From the NCBI GenBank assembly GCA_041664245.1, contig JBAYLC010000005.1, positions 8,695 through 72,694 on the forward strand: 64,000 bases of DNA, in the 5' to 3' direction. Below the pieces are notes generated by a model. The model had not been told where the DNA came from, did not search any database, and was given only the letters and a program-made list of their open reading frames with translations. Source of the stretch: Minisyncoccota bacterium (GTDB lineage: Bacteria > Patescibacteriota > Minisyncoccia > UBA6257 > 2-01-FULL-56-20). The position numbers and the translations under genes are program-made. This document shows, piece by piece, positions 9,994 through 19,848 of the stretch (positions within the stretch are counted from its first letter, which is position 1; every line of letters begins with the position of its first letter).

Positions 9994-10952
9994 TGAAATA
10001 CCGAAAATTAGGCGATACCGGTCTTATCGTTTCGGAAATTGGCTTTGGCGCTTGGGGAATTGGGGGGCTTTCGGCCGGTGCGACTTCATACGGCGAGACG
10101 AATGATGATGAATCTTGTAAGGCTCTCAAGCGCGCCTATGATTTAGGGGTAAATTTTTATGATACCTCAGATTTGTATGGCGCTGGGCACAGTGAGGAAT
10201 TGATTGGCGAAGCGCTAAAGGCAGTCCGTGACAAAGTTATTATTGCGACAAAAGTTGGTTTTCTTGAGCACCGAGGCCAGCAGGATTTTAAAAGAGATTA
10301 CATTAGAAAATCTCTCGTGGAGAGTTTAAAGCGACTAAAAACCGATTACGTCGATCTTTATCAATTGCACAGTCCTGATATAAAAGTTGTTGAAGAAAAT
10401 AATGAGATTTTAGAGACACTCCAAGATTTAAAAAAAGAGGGGAAAATAAGGGTTTTTGGAATTTCTGTTCGGCATCCGGATGATGCTCTTGTCGCAGTAA
10501 AAAAATTAAACATAAAATCCATCCAGGCAAATTTTAATATAATTGATCAGCGTATCATTGAAAACGGTCTTTTTGAACTTGCTAAGGATATGAGCGTTGG
10601 CATCATTGCAAGAACCCCGCTTAATTTTGGATTTTTAAGCGGAAAACTCAATAATACAACCTTTGGCCCCGGCGACCATCGATCGGCTTGGCCCAAGAGC
10701 CAACTTATAAAATGGGCAGAAGCTCCACGTTTGTTTTCTTTCCTATCCAAGGGGAAGCTGACCCCCGTACAGGTGGCGCTTAATTTCTGCCTTAGTTTTG
10801 AGGCGGTTTCCGTTGTTATTCCCGGGATGCTAACAGAAGCGGAGGTGGAAGAAAATGTTATTGTGAGCTCTGCGGAAAAATTTACAAGAGATGAGCTCAT
10901 GCGGGCTAGAAAAGTATATAATGAAAATGATTTTTTTGAGAGGAATAAATAA
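9993..10952 (+). CDS. aldo/keto reductase
   Basis: GFGAWGIGG and AKR fold-length. ATG overlaps the upstream stop. Confidence 0.85.
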   Translation: MKYRKLGDTGLIVSEIGFGAWGIGGLSAGATSYGETNDDESCKALKRAYDLGVNFYDTSDLYGAGHSEELIGEALKAVRDKVIIATKVGFLEHRGQQDFKRDYIRKSLVESLKRLKTDYVDLYQLHSPDIKVVEENNEILETLQDLKKEGKIRVFGISVRHPDDALVAVKKLNIKSIQANFNIIDQRIIENGLFELAKDMSVGIIARTPLNFGFLSGKLNNTTFGPGDHRSAWPKSQLIKWAEAPRLFSFLSKGKLTPVQVALNFCLSFEAVSVVIPGMLTEAEVEENVIVSSAEKFTRDELMRARKVYNENDFFERNK

Positions 10953-11149
10953 TTTTTCCGGAAATTTTTAAATTAATGAATACTCAAATGATTTCTAGAT
11001 TCTCCTCGTTTGTGGGTGATTTTTGTTAGGTGGAAGATTTTTAAGCAGAATAGTAATATTTAATATCTTTATTCGTTGCTGTTTGTTTTTTAAAAGAGTT
11101 TTACGAGGCATTGATTTGTTTGCTTCACCGCCAAGGTCTGTCTAATATT

Positions 11150-11179
11150 TTGACAACGCCAAAACCGAAGCGGTATACT
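11150..11179 (+). promoter_or_regulatory. sigma70-type promoter (TTGACA-18 bp-TATACT) upstream of the DegT-family gene
   Basis: Read directly in the 305-bp intergenic region. Confidence 0.5.
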
Positions 11180-11257
11180 CATTTTGTAATTTATAATCTA
11201 GCCCTCTTAAGTTATACTCAAAAAGTTTTTTCTTAAAATAAATATAAATACAGTGAA

Positions 11258-12436
11258 ATGTTAGAAAAAAAAATAAAATATTTTCTCGCCGAAGACACAA
11301 TTGATCATAAGGACATAGATGCGCTTATCGAGTGGCTTAAGACTTATCCGCGCCTTACAAAAGATAAACTTACTATTGAGTTCGAAGGAAAATGGAATAA
11401 TTGGTTGGGAAGGAAATATTCCGTATTTAATAATTCCGGTTCTTCTGCAAACTTACTCATGTATTATGCGCTTCTTCTGTCCGGAAGATTAAAAAATAAG
11501 AAAATCATCGTGCCTAGCGTAGGGTGGGTTACAACTATCGCTCCCGCAATCCAATTCGGATTTGAGCCGATTATGTGTGAGGCAGATAAAAAAACATTTG
11601 GACTCGACTTAGAGCATTTAGAAAAACTTTTAATTGAGCACCGGCCGAGTACGGTTATTTTTGTGCAAGTTTTAGGTGTCCCGAATAAAATGGAAGAACT
11701 ATTAGCGCTTAAAGAAAAATACGGATTCACATTGCTTGAAGATGCTTGTGCGGCAATGGGATCAACTTATCAGGGCAAAAACGTAGGCACATTCGGAGAC
11801 ATGGCAAGTTTCTCGTTCTACTTTGGCCATCAGATCTCAACAATCGAGGGTGGCATGGTCTCTACCGATGATAAAGAGCTAAACGATCTACTCTTAATGC
11901 TTCGGAGTCATGGTTGGGATAAGGATTTAGACAATGAGACAAGGGCTGGTTTGCGCTCAAAATACAACATAGATGATTTTCATTCCCCATTTGTTTTTTA
12001 CGAACCCGGATTTAATCTGCGATCAACTGATCTCAATGCCTTTCTAGGAATTCGCCAAGTGGACAAAATGGAGTGGTTAGTGAGGCGCAGAAATGAAAAC
12101 CACCTACTCTACAAAAAAATTCTTAGAGACAGATTTTATTTTCAGGAATATGATTCAGATTCCACAATTTGTAGTATCCATTTTGGTATGCTTGCAAAAG
12201 ATACCGAGGAGAGAAGGAAAATAGTAAGCGCCTTAGAGCAAGAAGGTGTAGAAACGCGTATTTTTTCGGCTGGTAATCTTGGACTCCATCCATTTTGGGC
12301 AAACCGGTATGGCGTGGCTTCTTTCCCGATGGCCGACCGCATCCACCACACCGGACTTTTTCTACCAAACAATCCTTCTCTAAAAATTGAAGATATAGAA
12401 TTTATATCGAAAACAGTTTTGCAAAGCGTTCCATAA
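11258..12436 (+). CDS. DegT/DnrJ/EryC1 family PLP/PMP enzyme; sugar 3-dehydratase type (ColD/E1-like) rather than aminotransferase
   Basis: DegT fold. At the position of the Schiff-base Lys (SF..K..GEGG) it has SFYFGHQISTIEGGMV. His replacing Lys is the hallmark of GDP-4-keto-6-deoxymannose 3-dehydratase ColD and CDP-hexulose 3-dehydrase E1. Confidence 0.65.
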   Translation: MLEKKIKYFLAEDTIDHKDIDALIEWLKTYPRLTKDKLTIEFEGKWNNWLGRKYSVFNNSGSSANLLMYYALLLSGRLKNKKIIVPSVGWVTTIAPAIQFGFEPIMCEADKKTFGLDLEHLEKLLIEHRPSTVIFVQVLGVPNKMEELLALKEKYGFTLLEDACAAMGSTYQGKNVGTFGDMASFSFYFGHQISTIEGGMVSTDDKELNDLLLMLRSHGWDKDLDNETRAGLRSKYNIDDFHSPFVFYEPGFNLRSTDLNAFLGIRQVDKMEWLVRRRNENHLLYKKILRDRFYFQEYDSDSTICSIHFGMLAKDTEERRKIVSALEQEGVETRIFSAGNLGLHPFWANRYGVASFPMADRIHHTGLFLPNNPSLKIEDIEFISKTVLQSVP

Positions 12437-12473
12437 AAGAAATTTTTAAAAAAGAGATTGAAATTTTTATCAC

Positions 12474-12506
12474 TAGCCACTCTAATCCTTTCTGTGGCTA
12501 TTTTAC
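12474..12506 (+). terminator. rho-independent terminator after the DegT-family gene
   Basis: TAGCCAC-13 nt loop-GTGGCTA followed by TTTTACT. Confidence 0.5.
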
Positions 12507-12683
12507 TGAAGATAAAAATCTCGTACTTATTTTTAAAAAATCATCACTTATCTTGCATTTTTTTCGGTCTTAGTGCAAAATATGTTTGTTAAGTTTTAAG
12601 TACGCCCGGGGTTTTGTGTGTTATCTATGGCTTTTAAGATCACATCATTATTCGTCGAACTGATTCTAAGGGAGTAGTTTTTC

Positions 12684-13292
12684 ATGACCAAACAAGAACT
12701 TATCGAGTTCGAAAACGAAATTGCCGACATCTACTGCGCCGGAAAAATTCTAGCGCCGATTCATTTATCTGATGGTAATGAAGATGTTCTAATAAATATA
12801 TTCAAAGACATTAAGGAAGACGACTGGGTATTTTCTACGTGGCGCAGCCACTATCACGCTTTGCTTCATGGTGTGCCGCGAGAAAAAGTAAAAAATGAAA
12901 TTATTAAAGGAAATAGTATCACATTAAGTTTTCCTGAGCATCGATTTTTTACGTCGGCAATCGTTGGGGGAATCGTGCCTATCGCCATGGGTGTCGCGCT
13001 TGGCCTCGAGATGAAAAAAGAAAAGCACCATGTTTGGTGTTTTGTAGGGGATATGACCGCCGAAACCGGCGGGTTTTATGAGTCCGTAAAATACGCCAAC
13101 AATCACAAATTACCCGTTACTTTTATAGTGGAAGATAATGAGGAGAGTGTGGGAACGCCTACGAGATCTGTTTGGGGATACGGGCCTAATCAAAAATCTG
13201 ATTACCTCCTGTACCCGCACGATAATATGATCTATTACCATTATAAAAAGAAGTATCCGCATGTCGGTGCGGGGAAGTGGGTTACCTTTTAG
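12684..13292 (+). CDS. thiamine-diphosphate enzyme, PP (diphosphate-binding) domain subunit; transketolase/E1-alpha-like
   Basis: GDMTAETGGFYESVKYANNHKLPVTFIVEDNEES fits the TK/E1 ThDP motif GD...E...A...L...DN..S. Confidence 0.7.
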   Translation: MTKQELIEFENEIADIYCAGKILAPIHLSDGNEDVLINIFKDIKEDDWVFSTWRSHYHALLHGVPREKVKNEIIKGNSITLSFPEHRFFTSAIVGGIVPIAMGVALGLEMKKEKHHVWCFVGDMTAETGGFYESVKYANNHKLPVTFIVEDNEESVGTPTRSVWGYGPNQKSDYLLYPHDNMIYYHYKKKYPHVGAGKWVTF

Positions 13293-13842
13293 TAATTACA
13301 CAGCTATGCGCTACTTAGAAGAAATTAAGCGGGCAATGGTGCTTCTTGCCGAGGATGATCGCACGGTATTTGTTGGGCAGAGCGTGGCTTATCCCGGAAA
13401 CGCAATTTTTAATTCTCTCAAAGATATTCCTACTACAAAGAAAATAGAGTTACCTGTTTTCGAGGAAACTCAAATGGGGTTATCGATAGGGCTTGCGCTT
13501 AATGGTTTTATCCCTGTTAGTATCTTTCCGCGTTTTAATTTTCTCCTTTTAGCTATGAACCAACTCGTAAATCACTTGGATAAAATTTCACATATTTCGC
13601 ATGGAGAATTACAACCAAAGGTTATTATCAAAGTAATGGTAGGGAGTGTCCACCCATTTGATCCCGGAATTCAACACAAAAGTAATTTTACTGAAGCTCT
13701 CCGTAAGCTTGTCGATTCCGTTATTGTCGAAGATCTTACGGAGCCAGAACTGATTTTCCCCGCCTACGAACGCGCACTCTCGCGGAACGATGGCAAGTCG
13801 ACTATTCTTGTCGAATACGGAGATTATTATAACGAAAAATAA
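13261..13842 (+). CDS. thiamine-diphosphate enzyme, Pyr (pyrimidine-binding) domain subunit; transketolase central-domain-like
   Basis: Overlaps the upstream gene by 32 nt (coupled). Length and FVGQSVAYPG...GLSIGLALNGFIPV resemble the TK/E1-beta Pyr domain. No transketolase C-terminal domain. Confidence 0.55.
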   Translation: MSVRGSGLPFSNYTAMRYLEEIKRAMVLLAEDDRTVFVGQSVAYPGNAIFNSLKDIPTTKKIELPVFEETQMGLSIGLALNGFIPVSIFPRFNFLLLAMNQLVNHLDKISHISHGELQPKVIIKVMVGSVHPFDPGIQHKSNFTEALRKLVDSVIVEDLTEPELIFPAYERALSRNDGKSTILVEYGDYYNEK

Positions 13843-13851
13843 ATTATTTTC

Positions 13852-14850
13852 ATGATTATTTCCCGAACACCTTTTCGTATATCCTTTTTCGGAGGGGGCA
13901 CCGATTATCCCGCTTGGTATAAGGAAAATGGTGGCGCCGTTCTTTCGGCATCGATCGATAAATATTGTTACCTTACGTGTCGGTATCTACCTCCATTTTT
14001 TGAGCATAAGACAAGAGTTGTTTGGTCTAAAATTGAAACGGTGGCGCAAACAGAAGAGATTCAACATCCGGCCATCCGGGAGACCATAAAATTTTTAGGA
14101 ATCCAAGATGGCTTACAAATCCATCATGACGCAGATCTTCCCGCACGCTCCGGGATTGGTTCGAGCTCATCCTTTACAGTAGGGCTTTTGAACTCTCTCT
14201 ATACTCTCCTAGGGAAAAGTCCTACCAAAACACAACTTGCGCTCGAAGCGATTCATGTAGAACAAGAACTCGTAAAAGAAAATGTGGGCTCCCAAGATCA
14301 GTCCGCCGCCGCGTTTGGGGGATTTAACAAGATTGAATTTGGTGGTCCTGATCATATTCGCGTGACGCCTATCGGCATATCACAGGCCGATCTCGACGCA
14401 TTACAGAGCCATCTAATGCTTTTTTTTACAGGATTTGCAAGAAATGCCTCAGAGATTGCGGCAGAGCAGATTCGGTTAACCTCGCAGAAAGCAAAAGAGC
14501 TCAAAATAATGTATAGCATGGTAAATACGGCAGAAGAATTACTCGAAAAGAGGGATTTCGACGGTTTTGGAAAACTTCTCCACGAAAATTGGAAGATCAA
14601 AAGGACGCTTTCGTCACAAATCAGCAATAATGCTATTGATGAAATTTATGAATTAGGTAAATCCGCTGGAGCTTTGGGTGGAAAGCTTTTAGGAGCCGGA
14701 GCGGGTGGATTTATACTTTTTTTTGTGAAGCCGGAACATCAGGAAAGGGTAAAAGCGGCGCTTAGTAAGTTGTTGTATGTGCCGATAAAATTTGAAAAAG
14801 AGGGAAGCCAAATTATCTTTAATAATGGCGCGAAAACTTATACTTCCTAA
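13852..14850 (+). CDS. GHMP kinase, D-glycero-alpha-D-manno-heptose 7-phosphate kinase (HddA)-like
   Basis: MIISRTPFRISFFGGGTDYP and PARSGIGSSSSF (GHMP ATP motif). Confidence 0.8.
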   Translation: MIISRTPFRISFFGGGTDYPAWYKENGGAVLSASIDKYCYLTCRYLPPFFEHKTRVVWSKIETVAQTEEIQHPAIRETIKFLGIQDGLQIHHDADLPARSGIGSSSSFTVGLLNSLYTLLGKSPTKTQLALEAIHVEQELVKENVGSQDQSAAAFGGFNKIEFGGPDHIRVTPIGISQADLDALQSHLMLFFTGFARNASEIAAEQIRLTSQKAKELKIMYSMVNTAEELLEKRDFDGFGKLLHENWKIKRTLSSQISNNAIDEIYELGKSAGALGGKLLGAGAGGFILFFVKPEHQERVKAALSKLLYVPIKFEKEGSQIIFNNGAKTYTS

Positions 14851-15568
14851 TAAAATTAAGTATAAAACCAAGGAATCCGCTAATCCTCCAGAGATTGACG
14901 TAGTAATTTTAGCCGGTGGATTGGGAAAACGGTTACGTCGTGCAATCTCCGGTAAGCCTAAGGTGCTCGCAGAGGTGGCTGGGCGGCCGTTTCTCGATAT
15001 ATTAATTAACCATTTATTAACTGCCGGTTTTTATCGGGTTATTTTAAGTATTGGATATTTAAAAGATCAGATCAAAGATCGCTACAAAGGGAAGGGAATT
15101 ATTTTTGCCGAGGAAGAAGATCCTTTGGGAACTGGCGGAGGAATAAAAAATGCCCAACAGTTTATAAAGAGTGAAAATTTTTTTGTTATGAATGGAGATT
15201 CTTGGATATCAGATGGAATAGACATGCGCGCAATTCACGATTTTCATAAAAATAAAAAAGCGTTAATCACTATGGTGCTCTCTCGGCCCAGAGAGGAGAA
15301 GGATTACGGCGCAGTATTCTTGGGTGAAGATAATCGGATCAGCCGTTTTAATGAAAAATCAAAAGAGGAGAATGGCCATTTCTTAAATGCCGGCATCTAT
15401 ATCATGAATAAAAAAGTTTTATCTAAAATGAAAACAACTCCCTTCTCCCTTGAGGTTGATTTTTTTCCAGGATTAATTGGCGGAGCTTTTTATGGCTTCC
15501 CTATAAACGGAGAAGTAATTGATATTGGAACACCCGAAAGATATAAAGCTGCCCAGCAGAAATTTTAA
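14825..15568 (+). CDS. sugar-1-phosphate nucleotidyltransferase (HddC-like guanylyltransferase)
   Basis: VVILAGGLGKRLR motif. Track ORF begins at 14792; the internal ATG at 14825 is a more likely start. Start remains uncertain. Confidence 0.75.
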   Translation: MARKLILPNKIKYKTKESANPPEIDVVILAGGLGKRLRRAISGKPKVLAEVAGRPFLDILINHLLTAGFYRVILSIGYLKDQIKDRYKGKGIIFAEEEDPLGTGGGIKNAQQFIKSENFFVMNGDSWISDGIDMRAIHDFHKNKKALITMVLSRPREEKDYGAVFLGEDNRISRFNEKSKEENGHFLNAGIYIMNKKVLSKMKTTPFSLEVDFFPGLIGGAFYGFPINGEVIDIGTPERYKAAQQKF

Positions 15569-15639
15569 AGCTAATCATGATACTCATCTTCTCCGTAAAA
15601 ATTGTTTTTATATAATAGTCAATAATCTAATCAAAGGGT

Positions 15640-16890
15640 GTGCGCCCCGTGATTCGAAAATCCACAAATAGTAATAGAATGAAAATAGCTATTATATGTT
15701 TTAACCTCTTTACCGCCGGTGGAGCGCGTCTTGTTTTTAATCTCGCGCAGTCGTTGGGCGCACAAGGCGAAAAAGTTATAATCTACACCCCAAAATTTGA
15801 AGGCACAGATTTTCCTGATCTAGCAGAGGGACTCGAAATAAAAGTAGTTGAAAAAGAAATTAATTTTTTTAAAAGTAATAAGCCAAGAAATATTTTTGAT
15901 TGGATATGGAAAAAAATAAAACATGAGAGAGAATTTATAAAAACCTCTCGTGCAATTGCGGAACTCATGGACGCTGATTTTGATGCAGTGAACGTGCATG
16001 ATAGCTCATACCGTGTGGGGTATTACTACAAAAGAAAAAATCCGAACGCTAAAATCATTTGGACCGTAAACGGAGAGCCATTTCAATACCTTTCCCGCAA
16101 AAAATTAATGCGCGACATTTTGGGATATTGCTATCAATTCTTAAAGCGCCTTACGAGTTATAAGTTTTTGAATGCAATTGATGGGGCCGTTGTTTTGGCC
16201 AATGGAGATAGAGAATGGTTTAAAGGATCCCCGATAAGGAATGTATCGGTAGTAAGGGCCGGTCTTGATTTCAAGAAGTTTTATGCCCCCGTTAAGGATT
16301 TTCAGGAAAAGGCCAGAAAAAAATACGTAAAACTTATGGCGCTGGGCGCATTAAATGTTTTTCGGCGTTATGAAGACGTCATCCAAGCCGTAAAATATTT
16401 ACGCGAGTGGAATTACGACGCCAGCTCAGTAATTTTTGCCGCCAACGTTTGGAATGAAAACAAATATCAAGCGGACCTCCTCGAACTTATTAGAGAAAAT
16501 AATCTTGAAAAATTTGTAGAGATGCGTTTTAGTGGCGTTTCTGAAAAAGAGCTTGCGGGACTCTACCAAGATTCCGATATTTTCATCCAGGCAGTCTATG
16601 TCCCTCCGCCGGGACATCACGGCTGGGGACTCGTGAATTTCGAAGCTATGGCTGCAGGGCTGCCAGTTATTTTATGCAGAGCCTCAACCGCAACTGAAGT
16701 CCTTATTGACGGCGTGAGCGCCTTCTTTGTTGATCCTCTCTCACCGCGACAAATTGCCGAGAAAGTAAAACTGTGCATTGATCACCCGGATATATATGCT
16801 AAAGTTGCCAAATCCGGTCAGGATGTTGCTCAGAGTATGACGTGGGAAAAATATTCCAAGGAAATATTAATACTTCTCAAAAAAGCGTAA
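15640..16890 (+). CDS. GT4 glycosyltransferase (paralog of 19849-21033)
   Basis: C-terminal EAMAAGLPVI GT4 motif. True start may be the internal MKIAIICF at about 15679. Confidence 0.8.
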   Translation: MRPVIRKSTNSNRMKIAIICFNLFTAGGARLVFNLAQSLGAQGEKVIIYTPKFEGTDFPDLAEGLEIKVVEKEINFFKSNKPRNIFDWIWKKIKHEREFIKTSRAIAELMDADFDAVNVHDSSYRVGYYYKRKNPNAKIIWTVNGEPFQYLSRKKLMRDILGYCYQFLKRLTSYKFLNAIDGAVVLANGDREWFKGSPIRNVSVVRAGLDFKKFYAPVKDFQEKARKKYVKLMALGALNVFRRYEDVIQAVKYLREWNYDASSVIFAANVWNENKYQADLLELIRENNLEKFVEMRFSGVSEKELAGLYQDSDIFIQAVYVPPPGHHGWGLVNFEAMAAGLPVILCRASTATEVLIDGVSAFFVDPLSPRQIAEKVKLCIDHPDIYAKVAKSGQDVAQSMTWEKYSKEILILLKKA

Positions 16891-17036
16891 CGTTATTATA
16901 TTATTTTTTTCCTCTTTAAAATTGTATCAATAAAACATAGAATGGAGCGCATGCGAAATTATTTAGTTTAATTTGAATTAGAATCAAAGAATATTGCGAA
17001 GTGGAATGTGGTTGATATACAATAGAAATAAAAAAG

Positions 17037-17846
17037 ATGAGATCAAAAGTAGAGTTAGAAAAACGGATTGCCCTTATCACGGGCGGAAGTAACGGAATAG
17101 GGAAGGCAATCGCTGTGGCACTCGCCCGCGAAGGCGCTGATATTATTTTATGCGCCCTAGACTCGAAATCTCTGAGGGAAGCACAGGTAGAAATCGAAAA
17201 ACTTGGCGTGAAAGTTTGGAGTATGGCTTTCGACGCAACCGATCCTACTCAAGTAAAAAAATTTTTCTCAGATATTATCGCGAAGATCGGCCAGCTCGAT
17301 ATTCTTGTAAATAACGTCGGCGGTGTTCGCGATCACGCCACATTTAAGGAATTGGATGATAAACAATGGATTGATTCCTGGAAGCTTAACTTTATGACAA
17401 TGGTATATTTTACGCGTGAGGCATTGCCTTTACTCGAGAAATCAGAGCACGCGCGAATTATTAATATTTCAAGTAGTGCTGGTAAGCAGCCTGGAGGATT
17501 TAACCCCCACTATGGAGCGGCAAAAACCGCCGTTAATTCCTTAAGTAAGTATTTGGCGAATCAGCTCGCTCCCCAAAAAATTTTAGTAAATACCATAACT
17601 CCAAGCACAGTGAATGGCGGTTTATGGCATCCCCATATAGAGGATAAAGCGCGGCGTTCCGGAGTTTCCATCGCAGAAGCAACTAGGTTAATGGAAGAAG
17701 AGGTGATTAAGAAAACCCCGCTTGGGCAAGTTGGCACACCAGAAGATGTTGCCGAACTCGTTGCGTTTCTTGCTTCTGATAGAGCTAAGTTTATAACGGG
17801 AACCTGCATCGCCGTTGATGGTGGGCTTATAAAGTCTATTTTCTAA
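17037..17846 (+). CDS. SDR-family oxidoreductase (paralog of 9190-9993)
   Basis: LITGGSNGIGKAIA. Collinear with the 9190 protein across the full length. Confidence 0.85.
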   Translation: MRSKVELEKRIALITGGSNGIGKAIAVALAREGADIILCALDSKSLREAQVEIEKLGVKVWSMAFDATDPTQVKKFFSDIIAKIGQLDILVNNVGGVRDHATFKELDDKQWIDSWKLNFMTMVYFTREALPLLEKSEHARIINISSSAGKQPGGFNPHYGAAKTAVNSLSKYLANQLAPQKILVNTITPSTVNGGLWHPHIEDKARRSGVSIAEATRLMEEEVIKKTPLGQVGTPEDVAELVAFLASDRAKFITGTCIAVDGGLIKSIF

Positions 17847-17867
17847 TCTGGGTAAGCCTGAATTCGG

Positions 17868-19145
17868 TTATTTACTTATAATTTTAACCTCTGGAAGTGG
17901 GATTATGAATTTTGATCTTAAACCTTTCTTTCGAAGCTTCTTAATGATTGTATCCGCAATATGCCAGGAGAAAAGCAATACGTAATCTGGCTGATCTATG
18001 AAAAGTTGTTTTTCGTCAATGATTGGTATGTGCGTACCCGGTGAGTGAAGGCCGAGCTTCAGTGAACTGGATTGTTCAGCGAGGTAGGGAATAAGCAAGG
18101 AATCAATATGGCAGTAATTAAGAATGGGACTCGAGCGGCCCGGGCTTCCAACGCCCGCAATAGTCTTTTCTTTTAGTTTTAGTTCGGAGAGAAATTTCAC
18201 TAATTTTAACCGCGAAGTTTCGATTCTCTTTTTAAAATTAATATAGGTCGGTTGCTTGTAGAGCCCGGCTTTTTCTTCCGCCTGAATAAGCGAGGCGATG
18301 TGAGGGGATTGAGAAAGATTTTTTCCTTTCGTGGCAAAAACCCGAATTGATCCTCCAGATGAGGAGATACGTTCAGCATCCGTGAGGGTGAAGCCGAATT
18401 TTTCGAAAAGAAGCGAAAGTGGCTTCAGTGAATAAAAACGAAGATGTTCATGATACATTGTGTCATATTGCACTTTTTGAATCGTGTCTAAAAGATATTG
18501 TGATTCGGATATAAACACTCCGCCTGGTTTAAGTAGGGTATAAACCCCTTCCACGAAAGAGCTGAGATTATTAATGTGGGCAAAAACGTTTGTTGCGATA
18601 ACAAGCGAGGCGGTGCCGTGTTTTTTCACGATCTGCTTAGCGATCTCCTTCGTAAAGAAATCATTTATAGTCGGTATCCCTTGTTTTATTGCTATTCGCG
18701 CTACGTCCGTTGGCTCGATTCCTAAAACCCGCATCCCCTTTTCCTTGAAAGGTTGGAGCGCAGTGCCGTCGTTTGATCCAATATCCACAATAAGTGATCC
18801 TTTCGGTAGTTTTAATCGTGCCACGGTTGCCTCCGCAAGCTCTTTAAAATTATCAACAAGCATTTGTGTGATCCCTGTTCGATATGGATATTTTTTATGG
18901 AAAACCACTTGTGGCGGCGGAATAAAATCTAATTGAACCAATCCGCACTTAACACACCGTACCACGTTAATCGGGTAGTGAATTTCCTCTTCTTTTATCT
19001 CTTTAGCATTGAGTAAAACATCGCAGGGTGGTTGATGGTCCAAATTTACAATATCGATTAGCTCTTTAGAGCCGCAAATCTGGCAGGTCGTTAACTTTCC
19101 CAATGGGTTTTTATTCATTTTTTTAATTTCCTTTATATTCCGCAA
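17868..19145 (-). CDS. NDP-hexose C-methyltransferase (TylCIII/Methyltransf_13-14 type) with N-terminal Zn ribbon
   Basis: CQICGSKEL...CDVLL...VVRCVKCGLVQLD zinc-binding N-terminus. Class I SAM fold (IVDIGSNDG). Confidence 0.75.
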   Translation of the reverse strand: MRNIKEIKKMNKNPLGKLTTCQICGSKELIDIVNLDHQPPCDVLLNAKEIKEEEIHYPINVVRCVKCGLVQLDFIPPPQVVFHKKYPYRTGITQMLVDNFKELAEATVARLKLPKGSLIVDIGSNDGTALQPFKEKGMRVLGIEPTDVARIAIKQGIPTINDFFTKEIAKQIVKKHGTASLVIATNVFAHINNLSSFVEGVYTLLKPGGVFISESQYLLDTIQKVQYDTMYHEHLRFYSLKPLSLLFEKFGFTLTDAERISSSGGSIRVFATKGKNLSQSPHIASLIQAEEKAGLYKQPTYINFKKRIETSRLKLVKFLSELKLKEKTIAGVGSPGRSSPILNYCHIDSLLIPYLAEQSSSLKLGLHSPGTHIPIIDEKQLFIDQPDYVLLFSWHIADTIIKKLRKKGLRSKFIIPLPEVKIISK

Positions 19146-19233
19146 TTATAAACAAAGCGAATCTCTTTTACAAATTTACACCGCGACTCAAGTGTTGTCT
19201 GAGGTTGATTTTAAATGTACAATAATACCCGCA

Positions 19234-19800
19234 ATGATTTCTATGGATAGTATTGAAAAAGCGTTTGAGCAGCACGGCGAAATAGTGCGAAAAACCGCGG
19301 AAAGCATGGCGGCTGATATAAAAAAAGGCGCCTCAATACTAGAGCAGGCGGTAAAAAACGGTCATTGTGTCTTTATGTGTGGTAATGGGGGTTCGGCGGC
19401 GGATGCCCAGCACTTTGCGGCGGAATTTGTTTGCAAATATAAAAACGACCGGCGCCCCTTCTCGGCGGTAGCTCTTACTGTAGATACTTCTGCGCTAACC
19501 GCGATTGGTAACGATTTTGGCTTTGAGAACGTTTTTAGCCGCCAAATCGAGGCACTCGGTAGGAAAGAAGATGTACTCATTGCAATCACAACAAGCGGAA
19601 TTTCAAAAAATATTTTAAATGCCATCGTTAAAGCAAGGAAGTTAGGACTAACCGTTATAGCGCTTACTGGCGCCCGCGGGAAAAATATGGACGCTGATCT
19701 TGTTATTGCGATACCATCCGAAGAAACTGCGCGCATTCAAGAAATGCATGAACTGATCTATCACTCATGGTGTGAATATATTGAGTCAAAAATTATTTGA
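19234..19800 (+). CDS. gmhA: sedoheptulose-7-phosphate isomerase (SIS domain)
   Basis: VFMCGNGGSAADAQHFAAEFV is the GmhA signature. Track ORF starts at 19192; internal ATG 19234 is more plausible. Confidence 0.85.
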   Translation: MISMDSIEKAFEQHGEIVRKTAESMAADIKKGASILEQAVKNGHCVFMCGNGGSAADAQHFAAEFVCKYKNDRRPFSAVALTVDTSALTAIGNDFGFENVFSRQIEALGRKEDVLIAITTSGISKNILNAIVKARKLGLTVIALTGARGKNMDADLVIAIPSEETARIQEMHELIYHSWCEYIESKII

Positions 19801-19848
19801 TATGCGGCGCGTTGAGAGGCGGGTTCAAACGAACCGTAATAATTTTCC

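Noticed and set aside
12684-13842. Calling the ThDP pair a phosphonopyruvate/sulfopyruvate decarboxylase (phosphonate decoration)
   Set aside because: Those enzymes have the Pyr domain first and a GDG-type ALS-family motif. Here the PP domain comes first with a TK/E1-type GD...DN motif, and no PEP mutase is nearby.
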